A DNA stretch of 32,000 bases from Microcystis aeruginosa NIES-843 (GCF_000010625.1 NC_010296.1:2100001-2132000), one strand, 5' to 3'. Positions 8,481-17,116 are shown, counted from the stretch's first letter. Numbers and translations: made by a program. The notes: generated by a model from the sequence alone, not told the origin.

Positions 8481-9564
8481 AGTAGTCATGCAAAATTAAT
8501 TACCCAAATAAAAAATTAAGAAGTATAATACATAAAAAAACGAAGCAGCAGGAAAATACAATGAGATTGATTAGAGACCTAAACCCCGAGAGCCAGAAAA
8601 TGCTAGAGAGAATTTATCGAGCTAGTAAACATCATCAAGTAAGAGAGCGAGCGAAATGTATACTCTTAAGTTTTCAGGGAACCACGATAGAAGAATTGAG
8701 CGGAATATTTGGAGTTACGAGAAAGACCATCTATAATTGGTTGACGGACTGGGAAGATAGAAAACTAATTGGTTTTTATAATCGTCGAGGAAGAGGGAGA
8801 AAACCTAAATTGACAGAAGCACAAGGTCAACAAGTTATTGACTGGGTAAAAGAAGAACCGAAAAGCTTAAAAAAAATCCAGATAAAAATTGTAGAAGAAG
8901 GGAAATTAACCGTAAGCAAAGACAAGATAAAAAGACTCATAAAAAAAATCAACATGAGGTGGAAAAGGGTGAGAAGAGGGGTCGCCAAAACCCCTGATGA
9001 GTGGGAGCTTGAGGTCAAACTACCTATTTTAGAAGAACTAAAAAAACAGGAAAAAAGAGGAGAGATTGAGATAGGATATTTGGATGAAATGGGAGGGGAT
9101 TCAAAGCCTTGTATTCCTGACGCTTGGCAAGAAGAAAAAACCACGATAAAGTTACCACCAATTGAAGGTAAAAGACTAAATATTTTAGGAATAATGAAAC
9201 GAGATAATCAATTATTTTATGAGACACAGGTCGGAACGGTTACTAGCGAGATAGTTATTAATTTTCTGGATAAATATTGCCAAAATATACAGAAAAAAAC
9301 TGTCATAATAATTGACCAAGCTTCCATTCATACCAGCGAGGCATTTATGGAGAAACTTGAGGAATGGGAAAAGAAAAACTTGAAAATATTTTGGTTGCCC
9401 ACTTATTCACCTCATTTAAATTTAATTGAAATATTATGGAGATTTTTAAAATATGAATGGATTGAATTTAGCGCCTATAAAGACCGAAAGAGCCTCCTCG
9501 CTTACGTTAAAAAAGTGCTGGACAATTTTGGAGGCGAGTATGTAATTAATTTTGCCTAGGTACT
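8481..9564 (+). mobile_element. IS630-family insertion sequence (1084 bp), apparently intact
   Basis: The imperfect TIRs are agtagtcatgcaaaattaattac and its counterpart gtaattaattttgcctaggtact (19/23 match). TA target duplication is at 8479..8480 and 9565..9566. Removing the element restores ccgttgagTAtaagctacat, which matches the uninterrupted repeat at 11163..11203 except for one base. Confidence 0.85.
8561..9559 (+). CDS. IS630-family DDE transposase
   Basis: 332 aa. It has an N-terminal HTH region (TIEELSGIFGVTRKTIYNWL). The DDE-type motifs are YLDEMG, IIIDQASIH and YSPHLNLIEILWRFLK. Confidence 0.9.
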   Translation: MRLIRDLNPESQKMLERIYRASKHHQVRERAKCILLSFQGTTIEELSGIFGVTRKTIYNWLTDWEDRKLIGFYNRRGRGRKPKLTEAQGQQVIDWVKEEPKSLKKIQIKIVEEGKLTVSKDKIKRLIKKINMRWKRVRRGVAKTPDEWELEVKLPILEELKKQEKRGEIEIGYLDEMGGDSKPCIPDAWQEEKTTIKLPPIEGKRLNILGIMKRDNQLFYETQVGTVTSEIVINFLDKYCQNIQKKTVIIIDQASIHTSEAFMEKLEEWEKKNLKIFWLPTYSPHLNLIEILWRFLKYEWIEFSAYKDRKSLLAYVKKVLDNFGGEYVINFA

Positions 9565-9581
9565 TATAAGCTACATATCAG

Positions 9582-9612
9582 AAGAGGCACTCCACTTGCA
9601 GGAGTGCCTCTT
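9582..9612 (+). terminator. Strong hairpin (12-bp stem), terminator-like
   Basis: It reads aagaggcactcc-acttgca-ggagtgcctctt followed by aaattatt. The U-tract is weak, so its function is uncertain. It forms the tail of the dispersed repeat that was split by IS630. Confidence 0.35.
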
Positions 9613-9684
9613 AAATTATTACAGATGTGTCAGCGGCTGCGTGTAAGCATCTCACCGAAAAACTAATGCGCTCCGGGGTTTGGG

Positions 9685-11102
9685 TAGGGCTGTTTCATTT
9701 AAATTAATTACAGCTGATTTTGAGTCAATAAATTTGACCGAAGATTCTCAAGTTTATCTTTTTCTAATCAAAAGAGTTAGTCACAATAACTAATCTTTAA
9801 TCTTCTGCCAATATTTATTATGAATAAATTGATAAAGCCTGTTCCCAAGCCACTAAAAGCCTATCTCTCTTGAAATTGTCTGAGAGTACATCCTGTTAAT
9901 TTAGCTAATTTTTCTGCTTCTTACGTCGATAAAACTATCAATTTTTCCCAACGTTCAGCTAACCACCTCTGTCCCTCTGTTATTGAGAGAAAACCCAAAC
10001 CTCTGAAAAGATTCAATCCTATAGTTGTGAGAATTGACCAATTGCTGGCCGCTTGAAAATCACTTATCTCGCTTTTATCTTCCTCAAAAATTACATCTTT
10101 TACCCAATGTAACTGATTTTCTATTTTCCAATGTCCTCGAATAATTTTAGCAAATACTTGAGCGGATTCGGTTAGGCTACTGATATAGTAAGCTGTTTCT
10201 TCATAGGTTTTATCCCCGCGACTACCCTTTCTTTCTACTTTAATAACTCTTCGCAGATTTTCAAACCCTTGTCTTTCATTTTTTCTCACTTTAAAAACTT
10301 CTATTTTTCTTGATATTTTTCGTCCATGACTATTATCTTGTTCAAGAAAGCAACTTTCTGGCTTTGAGGAATTACTCAGGTCTTGTATTCGCTTATAAAG
10401 ATTTTTCTGATTTCCTTTAACGGTGATAACATAATCATTTTTAGTCTTGGCTATTAAGCTGATTGTTTTTTTCTGACAGTGTAAAGCATCGCCAGTAAAA
10501 ACTTTATTTTGGAGAGAGCAATCCTCAATTATAGCTTGCCCTTCGTCGATTTCAGACCCTTTTTTGTTTTCGATTCTTTTTAAGTGTAATACTAATCCAC
10601 TTTCTTGACTAAACAATGAGACAAACATGATAAAATTTTGTTGTTCATTATTAGGATTCTTTCGGGTGTTTTTGAGACTTTTTCCATCCATACCTAGCCA
10701 ATTTATATCATCTCTTTGTCCATATTCTTCTAATGCCCATTCATTAAACATTTTTAACAAACTCTGCCAGTCAACTCCCATCATTACCCTTCTAATTGTT
10801 GAATAGGATGGGACTCTTTCTGGAATTATGTTAAATTCTTTACTGAGCCTGTGCCGATTATTTTTAGCAAACTCTCCTAGTTCTCTATAACCTGAGTATC
10901 CTAGCATTGTTCCCAGTATTATTACTACTAATACTATCCATAAAGGGTGTCTTTTTCCTTTATCTTTCCTAAAGTCCTTGACTTGTTTCAGTTTTTCTAT
11001 TAAGCTCAACATATATTTTAAAGGTTGGCGGTCACTCCTCATTTTACCTGATAGTGATCGCTTTTACTTTTGATATTCTGATGGGAGAATGAAACAGCCC
11101 TA
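9685..11102 (-). mobile_element. ISAs1-family insertion sequence (1418 bp), apparently intact
   Basis: It has perfect 15-bp TIRs: TAGGGCTGTTTCATT (9685..9699) and AATGAAACAGCCCTA (11088..11102). The 10-bp direct duplication GGGGTTTGGG is at 9675..9684 and 11103..11112. Confidence 0.85.
9921..11042 (-). CDS. ISAs1-family (H-repeat-associated type) transposase
   Basis: 373 aa. The N-terminal DDE_Tnp_1-associated region reads DFRKDKGKRHPLWIVLVVIILGTMLGYSGYRELGEFA. The downstream DDE region includes DGKSL, FTGDALHCQKKT and HWKIENQLHWVKDV. Confidence 0.9.
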   Translation of the reverse strand: MRSDRQPLKYMLSLIEKLKQVKDFRKDKGKRHPLWIVLVVIILGTMLGYSGYRELGEFAKNNRHRLSKEFNIIPERVPSYSTIRRVMMGVDWQSLLKMFNEWALEEYGQRDDINWLGMDGKSLKNTRKNPNNEQQNFIMFVSLFSQESGLVLHLKRIENKKGSEIDEGQAIIEDCSLQNKVFTGDALHCQKKTISLIAKTKNDYVITVKGNQKNLYKRIQDLSNSSKPESCFLEQDNSHGRKISRKIEVFKVRKNERQGFENLRRVIKVERKGSRGDKTYEETAYYISSLTESAQVFAKIIRGHWKIENQLHWVKDVIFEEDKSEISDFQAASNWSILTTIGLNLFRGLGFLSITEGQRWLAERWEKLIVLST

Positions 11103-11162
11103 GGGGTTTGGGGGGTAGAACCCCCCAAAAGCTTGGATTGAGTGATCAAGTGGCAAGTAATA

Positions 11163-11203
11163 CTAAATCCGTTGAGTATAGGCTACATATCAGGAGAGGC
11201 ACT
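11163..11203 (+). repeat. Dispersed ~40-nt repeat, uninterrupted copy (ctaaatccgttgagtataggctacatatcaggagaggcact)
   Basis: The same sequence occurs split by IS630 (8465..8480 plus 9565..9593). A 24-nt version lies on the other strand at 17207..17230. Confidence 0.8.
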
Positions 11204-11245
11204 GACTGGAAAATAGAAGCTGAAATAACGCCAATTCGTCAATCA
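11204..11245 (+). repeat. 42-nt segment matching the region just upstream of the decayed tnpB (7100..7141)
   Basis: gactggaaaatagaagctgaaataacgccaattcgtcaatca aligns with gactagaaaatagaggctgaaataacgcaaattcgtcgatca, differing at 4 positions. It is possibly a solo left-end fragment. Confidence 0.6.
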
Positions 11246-11298
11246 GAATATTTTCATGTTTGGCGGTGCCAAGTTTGGCATCGGGACTGACTTGAAAG

Positions 11299-11469
11299 AG
11301 GGTGTGGGGTGTAGGGTTTTACCGATTTTGAGGGGGTCAATTACCCAATTTTCAGGGAAAAAGTACCTGAATTTTCCCCCTGATCACTCCCATATTTGGT
11401 ACTTTTTGATTGACAAAAAGTCTAAAAGTCTTACCCAACAAGGTTTTTAGATTTATTCAGCCAGCCCTA
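11299..11469 (+). mobile_element. MITE-like repeat, copy A (left end missing or divergent)
   Basis: About 170 bp are collinear with 25136..26326-family copy B at 25136..25326: (GGGGTGT)n, ttttacc.gattttgagg, ttttcagggaaaaagt.cct, tactttttgattgacaaaa.gtctaaaagtcttacccaacaaggtttttagatttattcagccagcccta. ORF 11256..11450 is an artefact of this repeat. Confidence 0.7.
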
Positions 11470-11498
11470 CTTTAGCACTTGATCACAGCAGTTATTTC

Positions 11499-14400
11499 CT
11501 AGGCGACTAGGGTAAAATCACTGGCGGTTAGCGCTGGACTCCCCACTAAAACTGCGAATTCGACTCCTGTTCCCAATCCGATCGCACTTCCGTTTTCATT
11601 GTAGAAAAGGCTGCCGCTGTTACTGCTATAGACGATAAAAGCGGCGCTGGTTTCGACGAGGGCATCATCTTCTACGATGGCGAAATCCGTGGCTTGACTA
11701 AAGCCATTGCCGACGGTGCTGGTTAGGGCGCTAAAGGTGGTTTTGCTCAGGCTCAATTTATCGGCGTTAGGGGTAAAGTCGGTCAGGGTATCAAGTCCGA
11801 TATCGCTGGCCATAAACGCTCTTCCCGTCAGATAACTAAATCGGTCATTACCCACGCCTCCAACAAGAATATCATCTGCTTGATTACCGGTCAGGATATC
11901 ATTGCCTGCACCCCCACTCAGGGTATCATTGCCTGGGCCGCCGTTAAGAGCGTTACTGAGACTATTACCCGTAATCCGGTCATTACCACTGCCTCCAAAA
12001 GCGTTTTCAATGACATTGACAGCGGATAATTTCAGGGTTAGATTGCCGGTAACAACAGTTTGGTTGCTGATGCTGCCCAAATTAAGGCGAATTGGATTGT
12101 TTGTACCAGAAAGGTTGAGGGTATCGATGCCTCCTGTCGTGGTTTCACTGATAGTGTCCAGACCTAAATAGCTATTGGCAGTAAAGACATAAGCATCATT
12201 TCCTGCTAACCCAGCCAGGGTATTGTTGGCACTATTGCCCGTGAGAACGTTATTGCCGGCGTTACCTGTGCCATTGATGGGGTTATCACCAATTAGTCGC
12301 AGGTTTTCTACTCCACTGGGTAAAGTGCGAGTTATATTACTTTGCCAAGTATCGGTGATGATAACTTCGCCTACTGAGTCAGCACTGAGGGTCGCATTGA
12401 TGGGATTGGAAAGGGTGACAGTAAAGGCTTCATCGACTTCGTTGAGGTTGTCATTGAGGATAGGAATGAAGATAGTCCCTATACTGGAATTGGCAGCAAT
12501 AGTGAGAGTCCCTGTTTGGTGAGTGTAATCACTGTTTGCAGTTGCGTTAATCGGAGTAGTGGTGTAGTTAACGCTGATGGATTTACTGCTAAGACTGCTG
12601 AGGCTGACGGTGAGGATCGCCCGGGTATCTTTGCCCTCAATCACGGTGAGGTCGTTGATAGAAAGGGCGGTAGCAGGCGCAGGGTCATCATTGAGAATGG
12701 TTCCCGTAACGGCGGTGGTTGTCCCAATTTTGTATCCTGTTCCAGGCGCTAGGGTTAAGGCGACCGTTTCATTACTTTCTACTGTGGCATCCGCCTTAGG
12801 GTCAACCGTGACGGTGGCGATGGCTGAATTCTGGGCAAAAGTAACGCTTGTGCCAATATTTGCGTAATCTGTCCCTTTGGTTGCTGTCCCACCGATGGTG
12901 TAGTTAACGGTTAAGGGATTGGTCAGGGAACCATCCCGGGTGAAGGTGTAAATGAGGTTGGTGGTTCCGTCTTCGTTGACGCTGAGCGGGTTAACCGCGA
13001 GGGTAATACTGGGAAGATCATCGTTGAGGATGGTTCCTGTGACGGCGGTGGTTGTACCAATGGTGTATCCTGTGCCACTCCCTAGGGTTATGTCAACGGT
13101 TTCATCACTTTCTAAGACAGTATCCGCTGTCGGATTGACAGTCACAGTAGCTGTGCTTGAATTGGCGGTAAAAGTAACGCTTGTGCCGATATTGCCATAA
13201 TCTGTCCCGTTAGTTGCCGTCCCACCGATGGTGTAGTTAACGGTTAAGGGATTGGTCAGGGAACCATCCCGGGTGAAGGTGTAAATTAGGTTAGGGGTTC
13301 CGTCTTCGTTGACGCTGGCAGGGTTAATAGCGAGGGTAATGTTGGGGAGAGCGGAAAAATAATTAAAGTAACTGCCCGTTAGACTTAATCCTGTGCGGTT
13401 TTGGAGAATCGCGATCAGTTCATCGGGTTCGCTGCCCGGTTTGTCGAGGTAAAGTTGAGTATCAGTACCCGATACCATCAGCAGATAGTTACTACTCGTT
13501 CCCCGTAGCTGAATAATGTCATCTGTGGGGTTGAAGTCGCTTATTTGAGCGTAATCGTTGTTACCTGCTAGGGTGCTATCGCCATCATCGTAACCCAGCC
13601 AACTGACATCTCCCAGGATAAAGCGATCGCGCCCTAACCCGCCGGTGAAAGAATCGATTTCTCCCCGTCCGGGGTTACTGCTATTGGGATCAACCCCGAT
13701 GAGGATGTCATTACCATTCCTGACATTAAGGGTGTCATTCCCCATCCCGCCGGTTATGATGTCGTCCCCATCGCCTGTATTGAGGGAATCATTAAAGTTA
13801 GTCCCCGTGATTTGGAAACGTTCGATATTGCTGAAAGTAACGTTGTCATAGTCACCATCATTTCGGCTGTAGGCATAAAAGTAGCCATTCCATCCCCCAA
13901 AACCATTCGGGTTGATAGAACTCCCAATTCCCCCAGAGTAAGTGGCGTTTCCTGCGTAGAGGTTACTGGAATAGTCAACGATTAAGAGGTCATTGCCGGC
14001 TCCCCCATCGACTGTATCCCTTCCACTTCCGGTGTTAATGGTGTCGTTCCCCGCACCGGTATTAATATTTTCGTAATTGCGTAGCCCTACGGAATAGTTG
14101 ATAGTATCGTTTCCTGTTCCCGTCCACAGATTTGCAAACACTTCCACATTTTTGACTACATTGCCGTTAGCTTGAGTTAAGGTGATGCCACTGTTATCGA
14201 CGGTTAAACCTGTAGTCTCACTACTCAAGTCAGCATACCGGATGACATCTGTTCCCGTACCCCCATCAATGTTAAAGACACCATAACCCCCTCGGTCAAA
14301 GGTGTCATTAAAATTAGTCCCCGTGATTTGGAAACGTTCGATATTGCTGAAAGTAACGTTGTCATAGTCACCATCATTTCGGCTGTAGGCATAAAAGTAG

Positions 14401-16745
14401 CCATTCCATCCCCCAAAACCATTCGGGTTGATAGAACTCCCAATTCCCCCAGAGTAAGTGGCGTTTCCTGCGTAGAGGTTACTGGAATAGTCAACGATTA
14501 AGAGGTCATTGCCGGCTCCCCCATCGACTGTATCCCTTCCACTTCCGGTGTTAATGGTGTCGTTCCCCGCACCGGTATTAATATTTTCGTAATTGCGTAG
14601 CCCTACGGAATAGTTGATAGTATCGTTTCCTGTTCCCGTCCACAGATTTGCAAACACCTCCACATTTTTGACCACATTACCATTAGCTTGAGTTAAGGTC
14701 ACACCACTGTTATCAACGGTTAAAGCAGCGGTCTCACTACCAAAGTCAGCATAGCGGATGATATCTGTCCCTGCGCCGCCATCAATGTTAAAGACTCCAT
14801 AACCGCCTCGGTCAAAAATGTCATTAACGTTAGTCCCCTTGATTTGGAAACGTTCGATATTGCTGAAGAAAACATGGTCAGAGTCACCATCGTTTCTGGT
14901 GTAGGCAGCAAATATGCCATTCCATCCTCCAGTGCCGTTAGGATTGATAGCATGACCCAAAAAACCGCTAGGGTAAGTCGTCGTTCCTGCATAGAGGTTA
15001 CTGGAATAGTCAACGATTAAGAGGTCATTGCCTTCTCCTCCATCGACCGTATCCTGTCCACGTCCGGGGTTGATGGTGTCATCCCCCGCACCCGTATTAA
15101 TATTTTCGTAATTGCGTAAGCCAACAGAATAGTTGATGGTGTCGTTTCCCGATCCCGTGCTTAGGTTAGCGAACACCTCCACATTTTTGACCACATTGCC
15201 ATTAGCTTGAGTTAAGGTGATGCCACTGTTATCAACGGTTAAACCTGTAGTCTCACTACTAAAGTCAGCATACCGGATGATATCTGTCCCTGCACCCCCA
15301 TCTATGTTAAAGACTCCATAACCGCCTCGGTCAAAAATGTCATTAACGTTAGTCCCCTTGATTTGGAAACGTTCGATATTGCTGAAGAAAACATGGTCAG
15401 AGTCACCATCGTTTCTGGTGTAGGCAGCAAATATGCCATTCCATCCTCCAGTGCCGTTAGGATTGATAGCATGACCCAAAAAACCGCTAGGGTAAGTCGT
15501 CGTTCCTGCATAGAGGTTACTGGAATAGTCAACGATTAAGAGGTCATTGCCTTCTCCTCCATCGACCGTATCCTGTCCACGTCCGGGGTTGATGGTGTCA
15601 TCCCCCGCACCCGTATTAATATTTTCGTAATTGCGTAAGCCAACAGAATAGTTGATGGTGTCGTTTCCCGATCCCGTGCTTAGGTTAGCGAACACCTCCA
15701 CATTTTTGACCACATTCCCGTTAGCTTGAGTTAAGGTGATGCCACTGTTATCAACGGTTAAACCTGCGGTCTCACTACCAAAGTCAGCATACCGGATGAT
15801 ATCTGTTCCTGCACCCCCATCTAGGTTAAAAACACCATAACCCCCTCGGTCAAAGGTGTCATTAACATTAGTCCCCTTGATTTGGAAACGTTCGATATTG
15901 GTAAAGTTAACAACGTCATAGTCACCATCGTTTCTGGTGTAGGCATACAAGTTACCATTCCATCCTCCATTACCGTTAGAACCAAGAGAACTCACAACAA
16001 TCCCACTAGGATAAGTAGCCGTTCCTGCATAGAGGTTACTGGAATAGTCAACGATTAAGAGGTCATTACCTTCCCCTCCATCGACCGCATCCTTTCCTCT
16101 TAAGGGACTGATCGTATCATCCCCCGCAGTTCCGATAATATTATCATTTCCATTAGTCCCCGTGAAATCCTGCATTTCTACGGCGACAATCTGCCCATTG
16201 AGGTTGATAACCCCCGTATCGTCTTCAGCCTTCAATGCCTGTAGCGTTTTAGCATCCAGACTTTCCCCCAACACTAACGCCGCAAAAATCGCTCCCTCAT
16301 CCCCGGGGCTATCTGATTCATTCAGTCGCCCATCAACGGCGTGTCCAATTTCTTCTAAAATAACTCTGGCGGTCAGCGAAGCTGCGCCCATATTACCAGC
16401 ATTTTGATTTAAAAATTCCTCAGAGATAAAAATCCTATCGAGGGCTGCGGCATAAGCCCCATTCGCCCCATTGAGGTGCGAGCGCAATCGCACTTCAATC
16501 CGGGGTAACTTACTAAAATCTCCTGCTGCCCACGCTGTCTGCAACTCAGAAACATTCACATCTTGCCCAAAAGCCAGTTCCATCTTGGCAGCGAACTCTG
16601 GACTCCGGGCAAAGTCCCGCAACCTTTCCGTGACTGAACTCCAAGCTGTCTCTAAGACGTAAAATAGACTGCCCCCAACTCTTGGCAGAGAATCGAGTAG
16701 GAGACCTTCATCGATAATTATGGGAACGAGCGTATTACTAGCCAT
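11499..16745 (-). CDS. Giant secreted RTX / Calx-beta repeat protein (~1748 aa), probable type I secretion substrate
   Basis: The likely start is ATG at 16745, preceded by TAGGAG; the ORF track opens at a TTG at 16772. Domain layout:
- A conserved N-terminal domain with LEEIGHAVDG.
- About 4.6 units of 172-173 aa, rich in GGxGxD-type nonapeptides.
- Three Calx-beta-like modules (VNYTIGGTATNGTDY and VNYTTTPINATANSDY; about 12360..13350).
- C-terminal RTX nonapeptides (GGSGNDRITG, GGPGNDTLSGGAGNDILTG).
- No N-terminal signal peptide, and an acidic/hydrophobic C-terminus ending DFTLVA. Confidence 0.9.
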   Translation of the reverse strand: MASNTLVPIIIDEGLLLDSLPRVGGSLFYVLETAWSSVTERLRDFARSPEFAAKMELAFGQDVNVSELQTAWAAGDFSKLPRIEVRLRSHLNGANGAYAAALDRIFISEEFLNQNAGNMGAASLTARVILEEIGHAVDGRLNESDSPGDEGAIFAALVLGESLDAKTLQALKAEDDTGVINLNGQIVAVEMQDFTGTNGNDNIIGTAGDDTISPLRGKDAVDGGEGNDLLIVDYSSNLYAGTATYPSGIVVSSLGSNGNGGWNGNLYAYTRNDGDYDVVNFTNIERFQIKGTNVNDTFDRGGYGVFNLDGGAGTDIIRYADFGSETAGLTVDNSGITLTQANGNVVKNVEVFANLSTGSGNDTINYSVGLRNYENINTGAGDDTINPGRGQDTVDGGEGNDLLIVDYSSNLYAGTTTYPSGFLGHAINPNGTGGWNGIFAAYTRNDGDSDHVFFSNIERFQIKGTNVNDIFDRGGYGVFNIDGGAGTDIIRYADFSSETTGLTVDNSGITLTQANGNVVKNVEVFANLSTGSGNDTINYSVGLRNYENINTGAGDDTINPGRGQDTVDGGEGNDLLIVDYSSNLYAGTTTYPSGFLGHAINPNGTGGWNGIFAAYTRNDGDSDHVFFSNIERFQIKGTNVNDIFDRGGYGVFNIDGGAGTDIIRYADFGSETAALTVDNSGVTLTQANGNVVKNVEVFANLWTGTGNDTINYSVGLRNYENINTGAGNDTINTGSGRDTVDGGAGNDLLIVDYSSNLYAGNATYSGGIGSSINPNGFGGWNGYFYAYSRNDGDYDNVTFSNIERFQITGTNFNDTFDRGGYGVFNIDGGTGTDVIRYADLSSETTGLTVDNSGITLTQANGNVVKNVEVFANLWTGTGNDTINYSVGLRNYENINTGAGNDTINTGSGRDTVDGGAGNDLLIVDYSSNLYAGNATYSGGIGSSINPNGFGGWNGYFYAYSRNDGDYDNVTFSNIERFQITGTNFNDSLNTGDGDDIITGGMGNDTLNVRNGNDILIGVDPNSSNPGRGEIDSFTGGLGRDRFILGDVSWLGYDDGDSTLAGNNDYAQISDFNPTDDIIQLRGTSSNYLLMVSGTDTQLYLDKPGSEPDELIAILQNRTGLSLTGSYFNYFSALPNITLAINPASVNEDGTPNLIYTFTRDGSLTNPLTVNYTIGGTATNGTDYGNIGTSVTFTANSSTATVTVNPTADTVLESDETVDITLGSGTGYTIGTTTAVTGTILNDDLPSITLAVNPLSVNEDGTTNLIYTFTRDGSLTNPLTVNYTIGGTATKGTDYANIGTSVTFAQNSAIATVTVDPKADATVESNETVALTLAPGTGYKIGTTTAVTGTILNDDPAPATALSINDLTVIEGKDTRAILTVSLSSLSSKSISVNYTTTPINATANSDYTHQTGTLTIAANSSIGTIFIPILNDNLNEVDEAFTVTLSNPINATLSADSVGEVIITDTWQSNITRTLPSGVENLRLIGDNPINGTGNAGNNVLTGNSANNTLAGLAGNDAYVFTANSYLGLDTISETTTGGIDTLNLSGTNNPIRLNLGSISNQTVVTGNLTLKLSAVNVIENAFGGSGNDRITGNSLSNALNGGPGNDTLSGGAGNDILTGNQADDILVGGVGNDRFSYLTGRAFMASDIGLDTLTDFTPNADKLSLSKTTFSALTSTVGNGFSQATDFAIVEDDALVETSAAFIVYSSNSGSLFYNENGSAIGLGTGVEFAVLVGSPALTASDFTLVA
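13789..16160 (-). repeat. Intragenic tandem repeat, 516-519 bp unit, about 4.6 copies
   Basis: The anchor ctggaatagtcaacgattaagaggtcatt recurs at 13966, 14482, 15001, 15520 and 16039. Perfect identity blocks: 13798..14141 equals 14314..14657 (344 bp), and 14785..15197 equals 15304..15716 (413 bp). Confidence 0.95.
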
Positions 16746-17116
16746 GGCACCACTCCTAAGCCTTTCAGGCAATCCGTAGCGTTTTTCTCTCTTTATGGGC
16801 TGAAGGAAGGGCTTTTTTGCCCTTCACGCAACAGTCTTATCGAGTGGGACCACAGTATTCGGTTGAGAGGCACGAGGTTGTCTAGTCTTTCATCAAATCT
16901 TCCGACTTCGGCAAACGGGGTGTCTTGTCTAATACATTCCCACTTTTGCTCAACTATAAAGTGACCGTCCTTTTTATGTAACCTTCACTTGTACCTACAT
17001 GGTAGCTCGTTGAGAACAGAGTGTTCGTTAAGTTATATTTAAGGATAAATGGTGGGGTTGGCGTGGAGCGATTGCGGGTAACACTCGGTCAGAAAATTTG
17101 GCGTTGTCAGATCAGA

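Noticed and set aside
13754-15532. Four similar antisense ORFs (MTIPVTS...; 74-97 aa) and several plus-strand ORFs (11902..13851) inside the giant gene
   Set aside because: They recur with the 516-519-bp period because they are shadow frames of the coding tandem repeat. The uninterrupted 1757-codon frame on the minus strand carries the recognisable RTX and Calx-beta motifs.
16341-16355. EEIGH in the exoprotein N-terminal domain as a catalytic zinc-metalloprotease site
   Set aside because: The canonical motif is HEXXH. Here the first His is Glu, and I cannot verify a third ligand. It is kept only as a hypothesis to test, not as an annotation.
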